A stretch of 39,342 nucleotides of DNA from a virus: UHGV virus genome UHGV-0147691, one strand, 5' to 3'. Position 1 is the stretch's first letter; the number at the start of each line of letters is the position of its first letter. Positions 1 to 7,712 of the stretch are shown piece by piece. The notes below the pieces were generated by a model, which searched no databases, was not told the origin of the DNA, and saw nothing but the letters and a program-made list of their open reading frames with translations. The translations under genes were made by a program, and so were the position numbers.

Positions 1-39
1 AATGTAGATAAATTTAAAATATTTAATGCTTAAAGGAGA

Positions 40-423
40 ATGATAAAAATGGGAATTATTACTACAGGAATTATAAGTAAAGTTGTAGATATCGCAGGGA
101 ATATTTTAGATCCAGGAAAGAAAAAAGAACTTGAAATTGCTTTAAAAGAAAAAGAAATAGAACTTGAAAAAATAATAATTGAAAATGATACTCAAAAAGA
201 AATTGCAAAGCAAAAAACTTTATCAGTATTATTTGAAAAAGGTGGTTTTCCTGCTCTTATATGGCTGTTTGCTCTGTATGGTGTAGCAGATATATTTTTA
301 CAAATTTTTGGTAGACCTCCTATACAGATGAACTCTGATTTAACATATTTTCTAGGAACAGCATTTTTAGCTGTAATGGGAAAACAAGGCTATGTTAAAG
401 TTAAAGGAGGAATTAATAAATGA
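40..423 (+). CDS. Putative holin or small membrane protein with a coiled-coil N-terminus and two C-terminal TM helices
   Basis: It has a strong RBS (aggaga) and two hydrophobic helices, FPALIWLFALYGVADIFLQIF and LTYFLGTAFLAVMG. It sits immediately after the in-frame continuation of the endolysin if the window is circular. Confidence 0.35.
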   Translation: MIKMGIITTGIISKVVDIAGNILDPGKKKELEIALKEKEIELEKIIIENDTQKEIAKQKTLSVLFEKGGFPALIWLFALYGVADIFLQIFGRPPIQMNSDLTYFLGTAFLAVMGKQGYVKVKGGINK

Positions 424-767
424 TGAAAGTGTTGAAACAATTAGAATCTGCCAGTAAAACAGTTGTAGCAATAATAACAGCAGGAGGAACAATTTTAGGA
501 GTTTTGCTTGGAATATATCACGGGATTTATAAACTCAATCAAACAGCAAATAATTTAGTTAAATCTTTGCCTGTGATTGAAAATAATATGAAATTTGCTG
601 ATATAAATATAGATTACGATATTTCTTTGGCAGAAAAACAACTTGCTGAACAAGGTTATGTGGATAGAATTTTAATGAGGAAATTACTATTATATAAAAA
701 AGATTTAAAGCTAACATCTAGCCAAGTTACAAATATTAATTATTTGGAGAGCAAAACAAAATATTAA
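420..767 (+). CDS. Hypothetical single-TM membrane protein, possibly a holin partner
   Basis: Its start overlaps the stop of the upstream gene (ATGA). It has one TM segment, VVAIITAGGTILGVLLGIYHGIY. Confidence 0.3.
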   Translation: MMKVLKQLESASKTVVAIITAGGTILGVLLGIYHGIYKLNQTANNLVKSLPVIENNMKFADINIDYDISLAEKQLAEQGYVDRILMRKLLLYKKDLKLTSSQVTNINYLESKTKY

Positions 768-775
768 AGCTGTGG

Positions 776-976
776 TTATTCTTCCACAGCTTTTATACAT
801 TTATTAATTTCTTTTTCAACTAATTCAATTATCTTAGCACTTTTACCATTTTCATCAAGCCACTCGGCTATATGTGGAGGAAGTGAATATTGTTTTTTTA
901 CATTACCTTTTGCTTTTCTTCCAGCAAATCCTTTAGTAGAATGTCCACCAGATCTTTGACCTTTTACTCCTGCCAT
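776..976 (-). CDS. RHH (CopG/Arc/MetJ-like) DNA-binding protein
   Basis: KKQYSLPPHIAEWLDENGKSAKIIELV fits the RHH strand-helix-helix pattern. The N-terminus is basic. It is followed by a hairpin at 771-790 (GCTGTGG..CCACAGC). Confidence 0.45.
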   Translation of the reverse strand: MAGVKGQRSGGHSTKGFAGRKAKGNVKKQYSLPPHIAEWLDENGKSAKIIELVEKEINKCIKAVEE

Positions 977-1055
977 AAAATCACACTCCTTTACAACTAT
1001 AATAACATTAAATTTTAATATTGTAAATAAGAAATTAAAATATTTTAAAAAAATG

Positions 1056-1084
1056 TTGACAAAATTAAAATAAAATTATATAAT
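1056..1084 (+). promoter_or_regulatory. Consensus sigma70-type promoter TTGACA-17-TATAAT
   Basis: It reads ttgaca, then a 17-nt spacer, then tataat. An AGGAGG RBS and an ATG at 1113 follow. Confidence 0.5.
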
Positions 1085-1112
1085 GAATTATCAAAATAAG
1101 AGGAGGTGAGAA

Positions 1113-1199
1113 ATGAAAAAGGAAAAAATAAAAGAGATACTAGAGTGGATCGCGACAATCTTAACAATAGTATCTCTTTTAAAAGAATTATTCTTTTGA
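1113..1199 (+). CDS. 28-aa small hydrophobic peptide MKKEKIKEILEWIATILTIVSLLKELFF, a possible type-I-toxin-like or exclusion peptide
   Basis: It has a perfect promoter, an AGGAGG RBS and an intrinsic terminator immediately downstream. The C-terminus is amphipathic and hydrophobic. Confidence 0.4.
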   Translation: MKKEKIKEILEWIATILTIVSLLKELFF

Positions 1200-1205
1200 G
1201 GATTG

Positions 1206-1226
1206 GAGCTTAGGCTCCTTTCCTTA
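1206..1226 (+). terminator. Rho-independent terminator hairpin GGAGCttagGCTCC followed by a T-rich tail
   Basis: It is a 5-bp GC stem followed by tttcctt. Confidence 0.4.
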
Positions 1227-1253
1227 AAAACATTATACCTTTTTCATATAAAT

Positions 1254-1382
1254 ATGTCAAAAATATTATTCATAGCGAGTATTGTTTGTATCTATTTTGG
1301 GTATAAAAGTAAAAACATTTATCAAAAGTGGGCTTCTGTAATAATTGCTATCTTACTTTTATTGGTACAGTTTAAAGGATAG
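1254..1382 (+). CDS. Possible 42-aa two-TM micro-protein MSKILFIASIVCIYFGYKSKNIYQKWASVIIAILLLLVQFKG
   Basis: The frame is open and has two hydrophobic helices, but there is no clear RBS. Coordinates are hand-indexed. Confidence 0.2.
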   Translation: MSKILFIASIVCIYFGYKSKNIYQKWASVIIAILLLLVQFKG

Positions 1383-1615
1383 TGATTAAAATGGAAAAAA
1401 TAAAATTTATTTATTGTGGCCAGGAAAAAAATAGTAATTTTGAAGATATTAGAACTTGCATAGAAACTATAGCAGATTTTCCTTACTACTATCCTGATGA
1501 TATTATCTCAATTTCTTTAAGTGAATATAAACTTATAATAATGAGCCCAAATGAAAGATATTCTTATGAAAATTGTTCAGGTGTTTGGGGGAATAGAATA
1601 ATTTTTGAAATTTAA
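1382..1615 (+). CDS. Hypothetical 77-aa protein
   Basis: This is a track ORF with a GTG start and is followed by a strong terminator. Confidence 0.35.
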   Translation: MIKMEKIKFIYCGQEKNSNFEDIRTCIETIADFPYYYPDDIISISLSEYKLIIMSPNERYSYENCSGVWGNRIIFEI

Positions 1616-1618
1616 AAA

Positions 1619-1645
1619 GGAGTGGGAAAACCACTCCATTTTTTA
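1619..1645 (+). terminator. Rho-independent terminator GGAGTGGgaaaaCCACTCC followed by TTTTTT
   Basis: It has a perfect 7-bp stem and a T-run. Confidence 0.6.
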
Positions 1646-1760
1646 TAGTATACCATGACTTATTTGCAACCACTTAAACTTGATATAACTTATTATTTTA
1701 TATTAATATATAACTAATTTCAAAAATGGACTTTTTTATAATTATATGCTACAATAAAAA

Positions 1761-1776
1761 TGGTTGCAAAATGGTT
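1761..1776. repeat. 16-bp direct repeat TGGTTGCAAAATGGTT, copy 1 (attP arm or core candidate)
   Basis: It is identical to 1953-1968. An inverted partial copy, TGGTTGCAA, lies at about 1664-1672. Confidence 0.45.
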
Positions 1777-1946
1777 ACAGTAAATTAAAAAAACTTAAAA
1801 TTTACATATTTTTAATAATTTTAAATGCTATAAATATCAAATAAAATAAGAATTTGTGATATAATGGCATTTAGAATTTATTGTTGAGAATTGGACAACG
1901 AAGATAGTGTAGAGCAATTATTTAAATAAGTTACATCAATAAAAAA

Positions 1947-3011
1947 TTACTCTGGTTGCAAAATGGTTGCACCAAGTAAGTTAGCTATCTTCTTACCAGA
2001 ATCAGCATAAACATGGGCATAAACTCTTGAAGTAATACTTGCATCAGCATGGCCTATTCTCTTGGAGATTTCAAAAATGTTTACTCCCATATTTATCAGC
2101 AAGGATACATGACTATGCCTTAAGTCGTGTATCCTTATTTTTTTTACTGAAGATTTTTTTATATAACTTTGCATAGTTCTTCTAACAATTTCTCTTGCAA
2201 CAGGATATACTCTTGAATCTTCATCAGGCTTATAATAAGAATCTGTATATCTTTTTAATAATTTCATTACATTTTCAGGAACATCAACTGTTCTTATACT
2301 TGATAGTGTTTTTGGTGGTGTTATAATATCATTTCTTTCAATTCTTGTAACAGTTTTATTAATATTAATTGTATTCTCATCAAAATTAATATCTTTAAAA
2401 GTTAATGCTAAGATTTCCCCTACTCTTGCACCTGTATAAAATAATAAGTAGAATAGTGAAATATAAAACATATTTTTCCCTTCAAAAGAATTAATAAAAG
2501 TATTAAATTCCTCAACTGTCCATACTTCTTTCTCTGCTGCATGATTATGATTAGTTACTACACCAACTTTTGTTAATGGATTTTCCTTTAATCCGTAAAC
2601 TTTTACAGCATTGTTAAATATTGCACTTAAAGTTTTTTGAACTGATATTAAATAAGCAGCAGAATAATTTTCTTTTAATAATAAATTTTGCCAGTGTCTT
2701 ATTGTTTTAGTATCAATATCACACATCTTTAATTTATAAAAATATTCATATTTAGGTAAAGAATATTTTACTGCCTGATAGCTGCTTAATTTATGTCTTA
2801 CTTTATATTCTTCCATATATATTTCTATAAAACTTTCAAAAGTCATCTCTAAGTTAGATGTATTTTTTAAAAGATATTCTCTTTCCCACTCTTTAGCTTC
2901 TCTTTGAGTGTCAAATCCTCTTTTATGTTTAGCAATAGTTTTTCCAGTAGAATCAGTATATCTAAAATAGCAATCCCATTTTTTAGTTTTTGCATTTCTT
3001 TTTACTGACAT
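1947..3011 (-). CDS. int: Tyrosine site-specific integrase
   Basis: The N-terminus MSVKRNAKTKKWDCYFRYTDSTGK resembles an AP2-like arm-binding domain. The C-terminus has HDLRHSH...RIGHADASITSRVYAHV, matching the catalytic R..HxxR..Y region. The start was moved to M24 of the track ORF, where an AAGGAG-type RBS is present. Confidence 0.85.
   Translation of the reverse strand: MSVKRNAKTKKWDCYFRYTDSTGKTIAKHKRGFDTQREAKEWEREYLLKNTSNLEMTFESFIEIYMEEYKVRHKLSSYQAVKYSLPKYEYFYKLKMCDIDTKTIRHWQNLLLKENYSAAYLISVQKTLSAIFNNAVKVYGLKENPLTKVGVVTNHNHAAEKEVWTVEEFNTFINSFEGKNMFYISLFYLLFYTGARVGEILALTFKDINFDENTININKTVTRIERNDIITPPKTLSSIRTVDVPENVMKLLKRYTDSYYKPDEDSRVYPVAREIVRRTMQSYIKKSSVKKIRIHDLRHSHVSLLINMGVNIFEISKRIGHADASITSRVYAHVYADSGKKIANLLGATILQPE
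1953..1968. repeat. 16-bp direct repeat TGGTTGCAAAATGGTT, copy 2, overlapping the 3' end of int
   Basis: It is identical to 1761-1776. It contains an internal GGTTGCA x2 with 11-bp spacing. Confidence 0.45.
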
Positions 3012-3150
3012 AAAATCACTCCTTTTCTTAATTTTGTGTATTACAAAATAACCAAAGTCGTGATATACTATATTTACCAAATGTGCATACCTTTGACTTT
3101 AGTTAATTGTATGTTAAACAGTTCCTGTTACCAGCAGGAGCTGTTTTTAA

Positions 3151-4257
3151 TTAATTTAATTTTTTAATTTTATTTCCTTTTCTCTCGTCTTTTAATTTCT
3201 TTTTTACATCTTCGTGAGTTTTCATTAATAATTGACATAGTTCTGAACTTAATTCATTACTTGATAGAAAATCAGGAATATCTATATTTTCTTTTCTTAA
3301 TGATATATTAGCAACAGCATTTATAGAGCACATTTTTAAAGAATGTGAGTAATATTTTTCAAGGTCAACAGAATTTTTTTCATATTTTTCTATTATATTT
3401 TCCTCTAAAATCTTAAGAAATAAATCAGGGTACATTTTTATATATCTCTTATTTAAAAATCCTACCTCAGAAGATAAATCCATAATATCACTTGCATATA
3501 AAGGAACTTTAGCTGTATATTTAGCATATAATTCTAATTCTGAATTTCCTGAATACAACTCTAATAATTTTTTTACTGCATTAATATCATTTGAAAATAT
3601 ACAATAAAATAATAAACATTTAAATCCATAAGAGAAAAATGAAGGATTTTTATATATTTTTAATAAATCAAAAATCATTTTTAATGCTTCTTTAGAGTTT
3701 TTTAAAAATAAATATCTTTCAAGTCCATAATAGAATAGGAAAACATAACCTATATCAATATTTGTATTATTCAATGGATTTTCTAGCCATTTTAAATAAA
3801 TATATCTTTGTTCAGGTGTTAATCCTTTATATGATGGAAAATATCCTATTTTGTCTGTTGGATTAGTATTCTTTGGCTCCTCTACTTTTAAAGTAGTATA
3901 TATAAGACTAGGCTCTTCATCACTGGAAGTTGAAAAATTTATCTTTATTTTAATACCTTCAACATCTATTTCACTCTCATCAGAATCTACATAATTATAA
4001 TTTGCATATTTTCCATCTGCAAACCATAAAAGATTTGTAATACTTTCAGATATCTCCATTTTAAATTTTGTGATATTGGTTTTATTTCCTTTATTTTTAA
4101 CTTTAGAAATATCAGTAGTTTTTTTAGTTGTAAGATCATATTGTGAAGTTATTTTATCAGAATTATTTACAAATTCTTTAGTATTTACTTTAGAAGTCTT
4201 CTTCTTTTTGTTGTAATAAAAAAGAATTATTAACAAAATGATTAAAATTATTAACAC
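3151..4257 (-). CDS. N-terminally membrane-anchored 368-aa protein of unknown function in the lysogeny module
   Basis: It has a GTG start with an upstream AAAGGGGA RBS and an N-terminal TM segment, LIILIILLIILFYY, followed by a large soluble domain. It lies between int and the ImmA/repressor pair. Confidence 0.5.
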   Translation of the reverse strand: MLIILIILLIILFYYNKKKKTSKVNTKEFVNNSDKITSQYDLTTKKTTDISKVKNKGNKTNITKFKMEISESITNLLWFADGKYANYNYVDSDESEIDVEGIKIKINFSTSSDEEPSLIYTTLKVEEPKNTNPTDKIGYFPSYKGLTPEQRYIYLKWLENPLNNTNIDIGYVFLFYYGLERYLFLKNSKEALKMIFDLLKIYKNPSFFSYGFKCLLFYCIFSNDINAVKKLLELYSGNSELELYAKYTAKVPLYASDIMDLSSEVGFLNKRYIKMYPDLFLKILEENIIEKYEKNSVDLEKYYSHSLKMCSINAVANISLRKENIDIPDFLSSNELSSELCQLLMKTHEDVKKKLKDERKGNKIKKLN

Positions 4258-4281
4258 AATCTCATCCCCTTTGTAATTATA

Positions 4282-4713
4282 TTAATAAAATTCTCTTATA
4301 AGATTTTCCAAATTTCTAAATCTTTTTTCTTTTATTCCACTTCTTTCTATATTTTCAATATAAAAATCTGGGCCTAAAAATTCCAAAGCAAATAAATCTG
4401 CTTCTGTTTCATAAATAGAGCCTTTTGGCAATATATGACTTCCTATTTTGAATTGTGGCCTTAAAAATTTATGCATAACACAATGCCCAATTTCATGCAA
4501 TAAAACCAAGTATATAGAATTATCATCCTCAAGGTCATAACTTAAAACAACATATTTTCTTCTAACACAAATTTTATAAAGTCCAGAAAATTCTCCAATA
4601 TCATCATAAACAATATCTATTTTTAACTTTTTTGCAAGAACAAAAGGGTCGTTTGTTCCGTATTTTTCTTTTAACTTTTTAACAATTTTTCTTATGTTGT
4701 CGATATTTACCAT
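4282..4713 (-). CDS. ImmA/IrrE-family zinc metallopeptidase
   Basis: It carries the HEIGH (HExxH) motif in LLHEIGHCVMH and is adjacent to an XRE repressor, which is the classic arrangement. Confidence 0.75.
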   Translation of the reverse strand: MVNIDNIRKIVKKLKEKYGTNDPFVLAKKLKIDIVYDDIGEFSGLYKICVRRKYVVLSYDLEDDNSIYLVLLHEIGHCVMHKFLRPQFKIGSHILPKGSIYETEADLFALEFLGPDFYIENIERSGIKEKRFRNLENLIREFY

Positions 4714-4725
4714 ATTATCACTATC

Positions 4726-5373
4726 CTATTTTTTTCTTCTGTTCTTTTCTTTTGCGTCATAGAACATTCTTTGGAATGATAATAATAACTTATCTTTTGT
4801 TTCTTCTGATATAGAATCATCATCAAAAAACATTGCAGATTCTCCCATAAATTTTATATACTGTTTCCTTGAAATTCCTTTTAAGTCTTCAGGTATACTA
4901 AAACGGTTTTCAAGTTCTTCTATATCTTCTAAAGAAAATTTATTTTTTAAATATTTTATTTCATAGGCTTTTAAAATAAGTTCAACATCATAAGTTTTTA
5001 AAATTTCTCCATTTTTTATAACATCAACTTTATTTCCTCTTTTTATTTCCCCAAATGAACAAGCACTATTTTTTTCTAAAATGGAAGAGAGGTCTTTTAT
5101 TAATTTTTTTTCTTCCAATTTTTGAAGCTCTTTTGAGGAAAGAGGAGTATCACCTATAATTAATTCTTTTTTATCTTCCATTCCCATTATAAATTCTGGA
5201 GAAACTTGAAGAGCTTTAGCCAGAAGAGAAATTTTATCTCTTTTCATATTTTCAATAGCACCAGTTTCCCATTTTCTAACGGTACTTTTAGTTACTCCTA
5301 CCATGTTCCCAACTTCTTCAAGAGTAAGATTTAGTTCTAATCTTCTATTTTTTAATTTTTGACCATCTCCCAT
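4726..5373 (-). CDS. XRE-family HTH transcriptional repressor (CI-like)
   Basis: It has an N-terminal HTH, LTLEEVGNMVGVTKSTVRKWETG. It is divergent from a Cro-like gene across a promoter and operator region. Confidence 0.8.
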   Translation of the reverse strand: MGDGQKLKNRRLELNLTLEEVGNMVGVTKSTVRKWETGAIENMKRDKISLLAKALQVSPEFIMGMEDKKELIIGDTPLSSKELQKLEEKKLIKDLSSILEKNSACSFGEIKRGNKVDVIKNGEILKTYDVELILKAYEIKYLKNKFSLEDIEELENRFSIPEDLKGISRKQYIKFMGESAMFFDDDSISEETKDKLLLSFQRMFYDAKEKNRRKK

Positions 5374-5426
5374 AGTAAAACTCCTTTTAAATTTATTTAC
5401 TTTTATAATGTAATTATATTATAGAA

Positions 5427-5522
5427 GTATCTTTTTTGCAACTAATTTTTTTCAAAAAAGTGTCTTTTAGGAGTTGACAACTTTTAAAAAATAATATATA
5501 ATCAAAGTATCTTATAAGACAC
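5427..5522. promoter_or_regulatory. Operator region of GTATC half-site palindromes
   Basis: GTATCTTATAAGACAC (5507-5522) is a 16-bp near-palindrome. Further GT(A/G)TC half-sites lie at about 5427 and about 5460, overlapping the -35 element. Confidence 0.4.
5474..5502 (+). promoter_or_regulatory. PR-like consensus promoter TTGACA-17-TATAAT reading into cro
   Basis: It reads ttgaca, then a 17-nt spacer, then tataat, 45 nt upstream of the cro ATG. Confidence 0.5.
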
Positions 5523-5546
5523 AAGAAAAAAGAAAGGAGATTTCTA

Positions 5547-5747
5547 ATGAATAGTAATTTATTAAAAGAAGAATTAAAAAATAAAAATAAAACTATTGAA
5601 GACTTATATAAGCACTTAAATATTAGTAAGTCTGCTATGTTCAGAAAGTTAAAAGGGACATCTTATTTTAAAGCGATTGAAATCAAACAAATAACAGAGT
5701 TTCTTAAATTAAGTAATAAAAAAATGAATATGATTTTTTTTGATTAA
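5547..5747 (+). CDS. Cro-like HTH regulator
   Basis: It is a 66-aa protein with an HTH, IEDLYKHLNISKSAMFRKLKG, and is divergent from the repressor. Confidence 0.6.
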   Translation: MNSNLLKEELKNKNKTIEDLYKHLNISKSAMFRKLKGTSYFKAIEIKQITEFLKLSNKKMNMIFFD

Positions 5748-5750
5748 AAA

Positions 5751-5790
5751 GTATCTTAAAGGATACAGAAGGAATACTTTGTTATTCCTT
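5751..5790. promoter_or_regulatory. Palindrome GTATCttaaagGATAC plus inverted repeat AGGAATActttgtTATTCCT downstream of cro
   Basis: It has the same GTATC half-site as the operators and a second hairpin-like inverted repeat. Confidence 0.3.
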
Positions 5791-5849
5791 AAGGCTAATT
5801 ATAAAAAAATAATTGGTCTTAAGAAATAACTAAGGAAAGGGGGCAAAAG

Positions 5850-6062
5850 ATGGATAAATTCTTGTATGTAGAAGATATTATGGAAATCACAGGATTTAAA
5901 GAAACTAAATGTAGAAACATAATTAGAGAATTAAATTCTGAGTTAAAGAAAAAAGGATACATAATTTTCAGAGGAAGAGTATCAGAAAAATATTTTAATG
6001 AAAGATGTTTCCCAAAAGAAAAAGCACCTGAAGAGCTGGCGGGCTCAACAAGTGCAAAATAA
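5850..6062 (+). CDS. Excisionase or HTH_17-family DNA-binding protein
   Basis: LYVEDIMEITGFKETKCRNIIRELNSELKKKGYIIFRGRVSEKYF matches the excisionase-family winged-helix pattern. Confidence 0.5.
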   Translation: MDKFLYVEDIMEITGFKETKCRNIIRELNSELKKKGYIIFRGRVSEKYFNERCFPKEKAPEELAGSTSAK

Positions 6063-6105
6063 AAAAATATGAATATAGGTGCATTATAGCACAAAAGGAG
6101 AAGAA

Positions 6106-6246
6106 ATGAAATTATCAGATTGCAAAATCTTTTTGAGTGCTTTGGAAGTTTTACATTTTCCAGTAGAAACAATGACTTTTAAAGAAATGAAAACAGAACT
6201 TCTTAAATTAGAAAAATACTTTTTTCCAAATGGGATTAATCAATAA
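6106..6246 (+). CDS. Hypothetical 46-aa protein (MKLSD family, paralog 1)
   Basis: It has an AAGGAG RBS and is paralogous to the next ORF: MKLSD...VETMTFKE versus VEQMTVKD. Confidence 0.3.
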   Translation: MKLSDCKIFLSALEVLHFPVETMTFKEMKTELLKLEKYFFPNGINQ

Positions 6247-6279
6247 TATCTGTAGTTAATAAAATTTTAGGAGGAAAAA

Positions 6280-6405
6280 ATGAAACTATCAGACTATGAA
6301 TTTATTTTAAAAGAGCTTAAAAAAATAGGTTATGGAGTTGAGCAAATGACAGTTAAAGATGCTCAAGACATGGCTGATAAATTCAGAATAGGAGAGGGTG
6401 AATAA
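6280..6405 (+). CDS. Hypothetical 41-aa protein (MKLSD family, paralog 2)
   Basis: It has an AGGAGG RBS. Its stop overlaps the ATG of the next gene. Confidence 0.3.
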   Translation: MKLSDYEFILKELKKIGYGVEQMTVKDAQDMADKFRIGEGE

Positions 6406-6677
6406 TGGATTTAAATAAATTAAAAAACTATACAGATTTTTCAAAAGGTCTTACTGCAGATCAGGAATTTGATAAGGTGCTTGAAGAACTTCATGAGTAT
6501 GAAGAAGAAGTTTTTGACGGGAACAAAAAGCAAATAATTGCAGAAGGTCTTGATGTTATGACTGCTGTTTATAATCATCTTATAAAAGTTGGAATGACAA
6601 AACAAGACTTTAAAAAACATATTGAAAAATTAGAAAAATATAGAAAAACAGGAAAGTATGGTGATTTAAATGCCTAA
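6405..6677 (+). CDS. Hypothetical early protein
   Basis: This is a track ORF, translationally coupled to its neighbour. Confidence 0.4.
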   Translation: MDLNKLKNYTDFSKGLTADQEFDKVLEELHEYEEEVFDGNKKQIIAEGLDVMTAVYNHLIKVGMTKQDFKKHIEKLEKYRKTGKYGDLNA

Positions 6678-6882
6678 TAAAAGAAAATGTATTTTTGGAA
6701 GGTTTGAACTTGAACTTATATTTTATCCTGTTGATAAAAAAATGATTTGCTGCACAGTTCAAAATCCTTATAAATCAGAAAAACACGAAGCTACTTTTAT
6801 TGATAAAACAGAGGATAAGATAATAAGAAAAATAGACAGAAGAATAAAAGAGTGGAGAAAAGAATTTAAAGAGGACAGATAA
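6670..6882 (+). CDS. Hypothetical early protein
   Basis: This is a track ORF that overlaps the upstream gene. Confidence 0.35.
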   Translation: MPNKRKCIFGRFELELIFYPVDKKMICCTVQNPYKSEKHEATFIDKTEDKIIRKIDRRIKEWRKEFKEDR

Positions 6883-6883
6883 A

Positions 6884-7027
6884 ATGCCTAAGATTGTACT
6901 TGAACAGCTTAGATTTGAAGAATGCAAATCAGAAAAAAATGGTTATCTTGAAATATATAACCTGAATGATGAAGAGTATGACTTGATTTTTAATATCTTA
7001 AAAAGTGAAAAAGAGGAGGAAAAATGA
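6884..7027 (+). CDS. Hypothetical 47-aa acidic protein MPKIVLEQLRFEECKSEKNGYLEIYNLNDEEYDLIFNILKSEKEEEK
   Basis: The frame is open between track ORFs and its stop overlaps the next ATG. Coordinates are hand-indexed. Confidence 0.3.
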   Translation: MPKIVLEQLRFEECKSEKNGYLEIYNLNDEEYDLIFNILKSEKEEEK

Positions 7028-7236
7028 CAGTAGACGAATTAGAAAACTATGTTTTTGATGTAATAGAAGAACACTATTCTTTTTTAGAAACTGAACTAAA
7101 TATCTGCCGTATAGGTAAAGAGAATTGGAAAATCAAATTTCCTTATAAAAATTTAGTTGGAAATGGAAAAACGAAGGAAGAAGCTTTAAAGGATCTTTTA
7201 TTAAAAATAACAGATACAGTTCTTGAAGTTGCATAG
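7024..7236 (+). CDS. Hypothetical early protein
   Basis: This is a track ORF with an AGGAGG RBS. Confidence 0.4.
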   Translation: MTVDELENYVFDVIEEHYSFLETELNICRIGKENWKIKFPYKNLVGNGKTKEEALKDLLLKITDTVLEVA

Positions 7237-7245
7237 GAGGTAGAA

Positions 7246-7557
7246 ATGTCAATTGATGAGAAACTTAAATATATAAGCAAAAAATTAAAAGAACATAACT
7301 TCCAAAATGATATCCAGGTAAGATATAACGACAGCATAAAAATGTTTGAAATATATGTATTAGACAATGAACAAGAAGATGATTTCTTTTATGGAAAAGG
7401 TAATACATTTGAAGAAGCAATGGAAGACTTTATGTATAAACCTGATGGAATTTACTATATTGACGAGGTTATGCATGAATACTACGAAGAAGAAAGAAGA
7501 GAACTTGCATATAAAAACAAAGTCTACTGGGACAAACAGCTATATAGAAATGCTTAG
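7246..7557 (+). CDS. Hypothetical early protein
   Basis: This is a track ORF with a GGAGG RBS. Confidence 0.4.
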   Translation: MSIDEKLKYISKKLKEHNFQNDIQVRYNDSIKMFEIYVLDNEQEDDFFYGKGNTFEEAMEDFMYKPDGIYYIDEVMHEYYEEERRELAYKNKVYWDKQLYRNA

Positions 7558-7571
7558 AAGGAGGATTTCAG

Positions 7572-7712
7572 ATGTTTGGATATGAGTATGACCAATGGAA
7601 AACAATGTCGGATTTAGACTATGAAGAGAACTTTAGTGATATAGATCAAGATGATTCAGATATAGAATATGCAAATGCCTTGGAGGTTTTAAATGAAAAC
7701 AGTAAGTATTAA
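7572..7712 (+). CDS. Hypothetical 46-aa acidic protein
   Basis: It has a GAAGGAGG RBS and overlaps the start of the ERF gene. Confidence 0.3.
   Translation: MFGYEYDQWKTMSDLDYEENFSDIDQDDSDIEYANALEVLNENSKY

Noticed and set aside
1640-1950. tRNA gene at the attachment site
   Set aside because: No cloverleaf-compatible sequence is present. There is no GTTCGA/TTCGAATC-like T-loop motif and no acceptor-stem pairing in this AT-rich stretch.
5819-6172. 117-aa minus-strand ORF overlapping the excisionase-like gene
   Set aside because: It lies antisense to a well-supported HTH gene, has a low-complexity Phe/Leu-rich translation typical of AT-rich antisense frames, and has no RBS.
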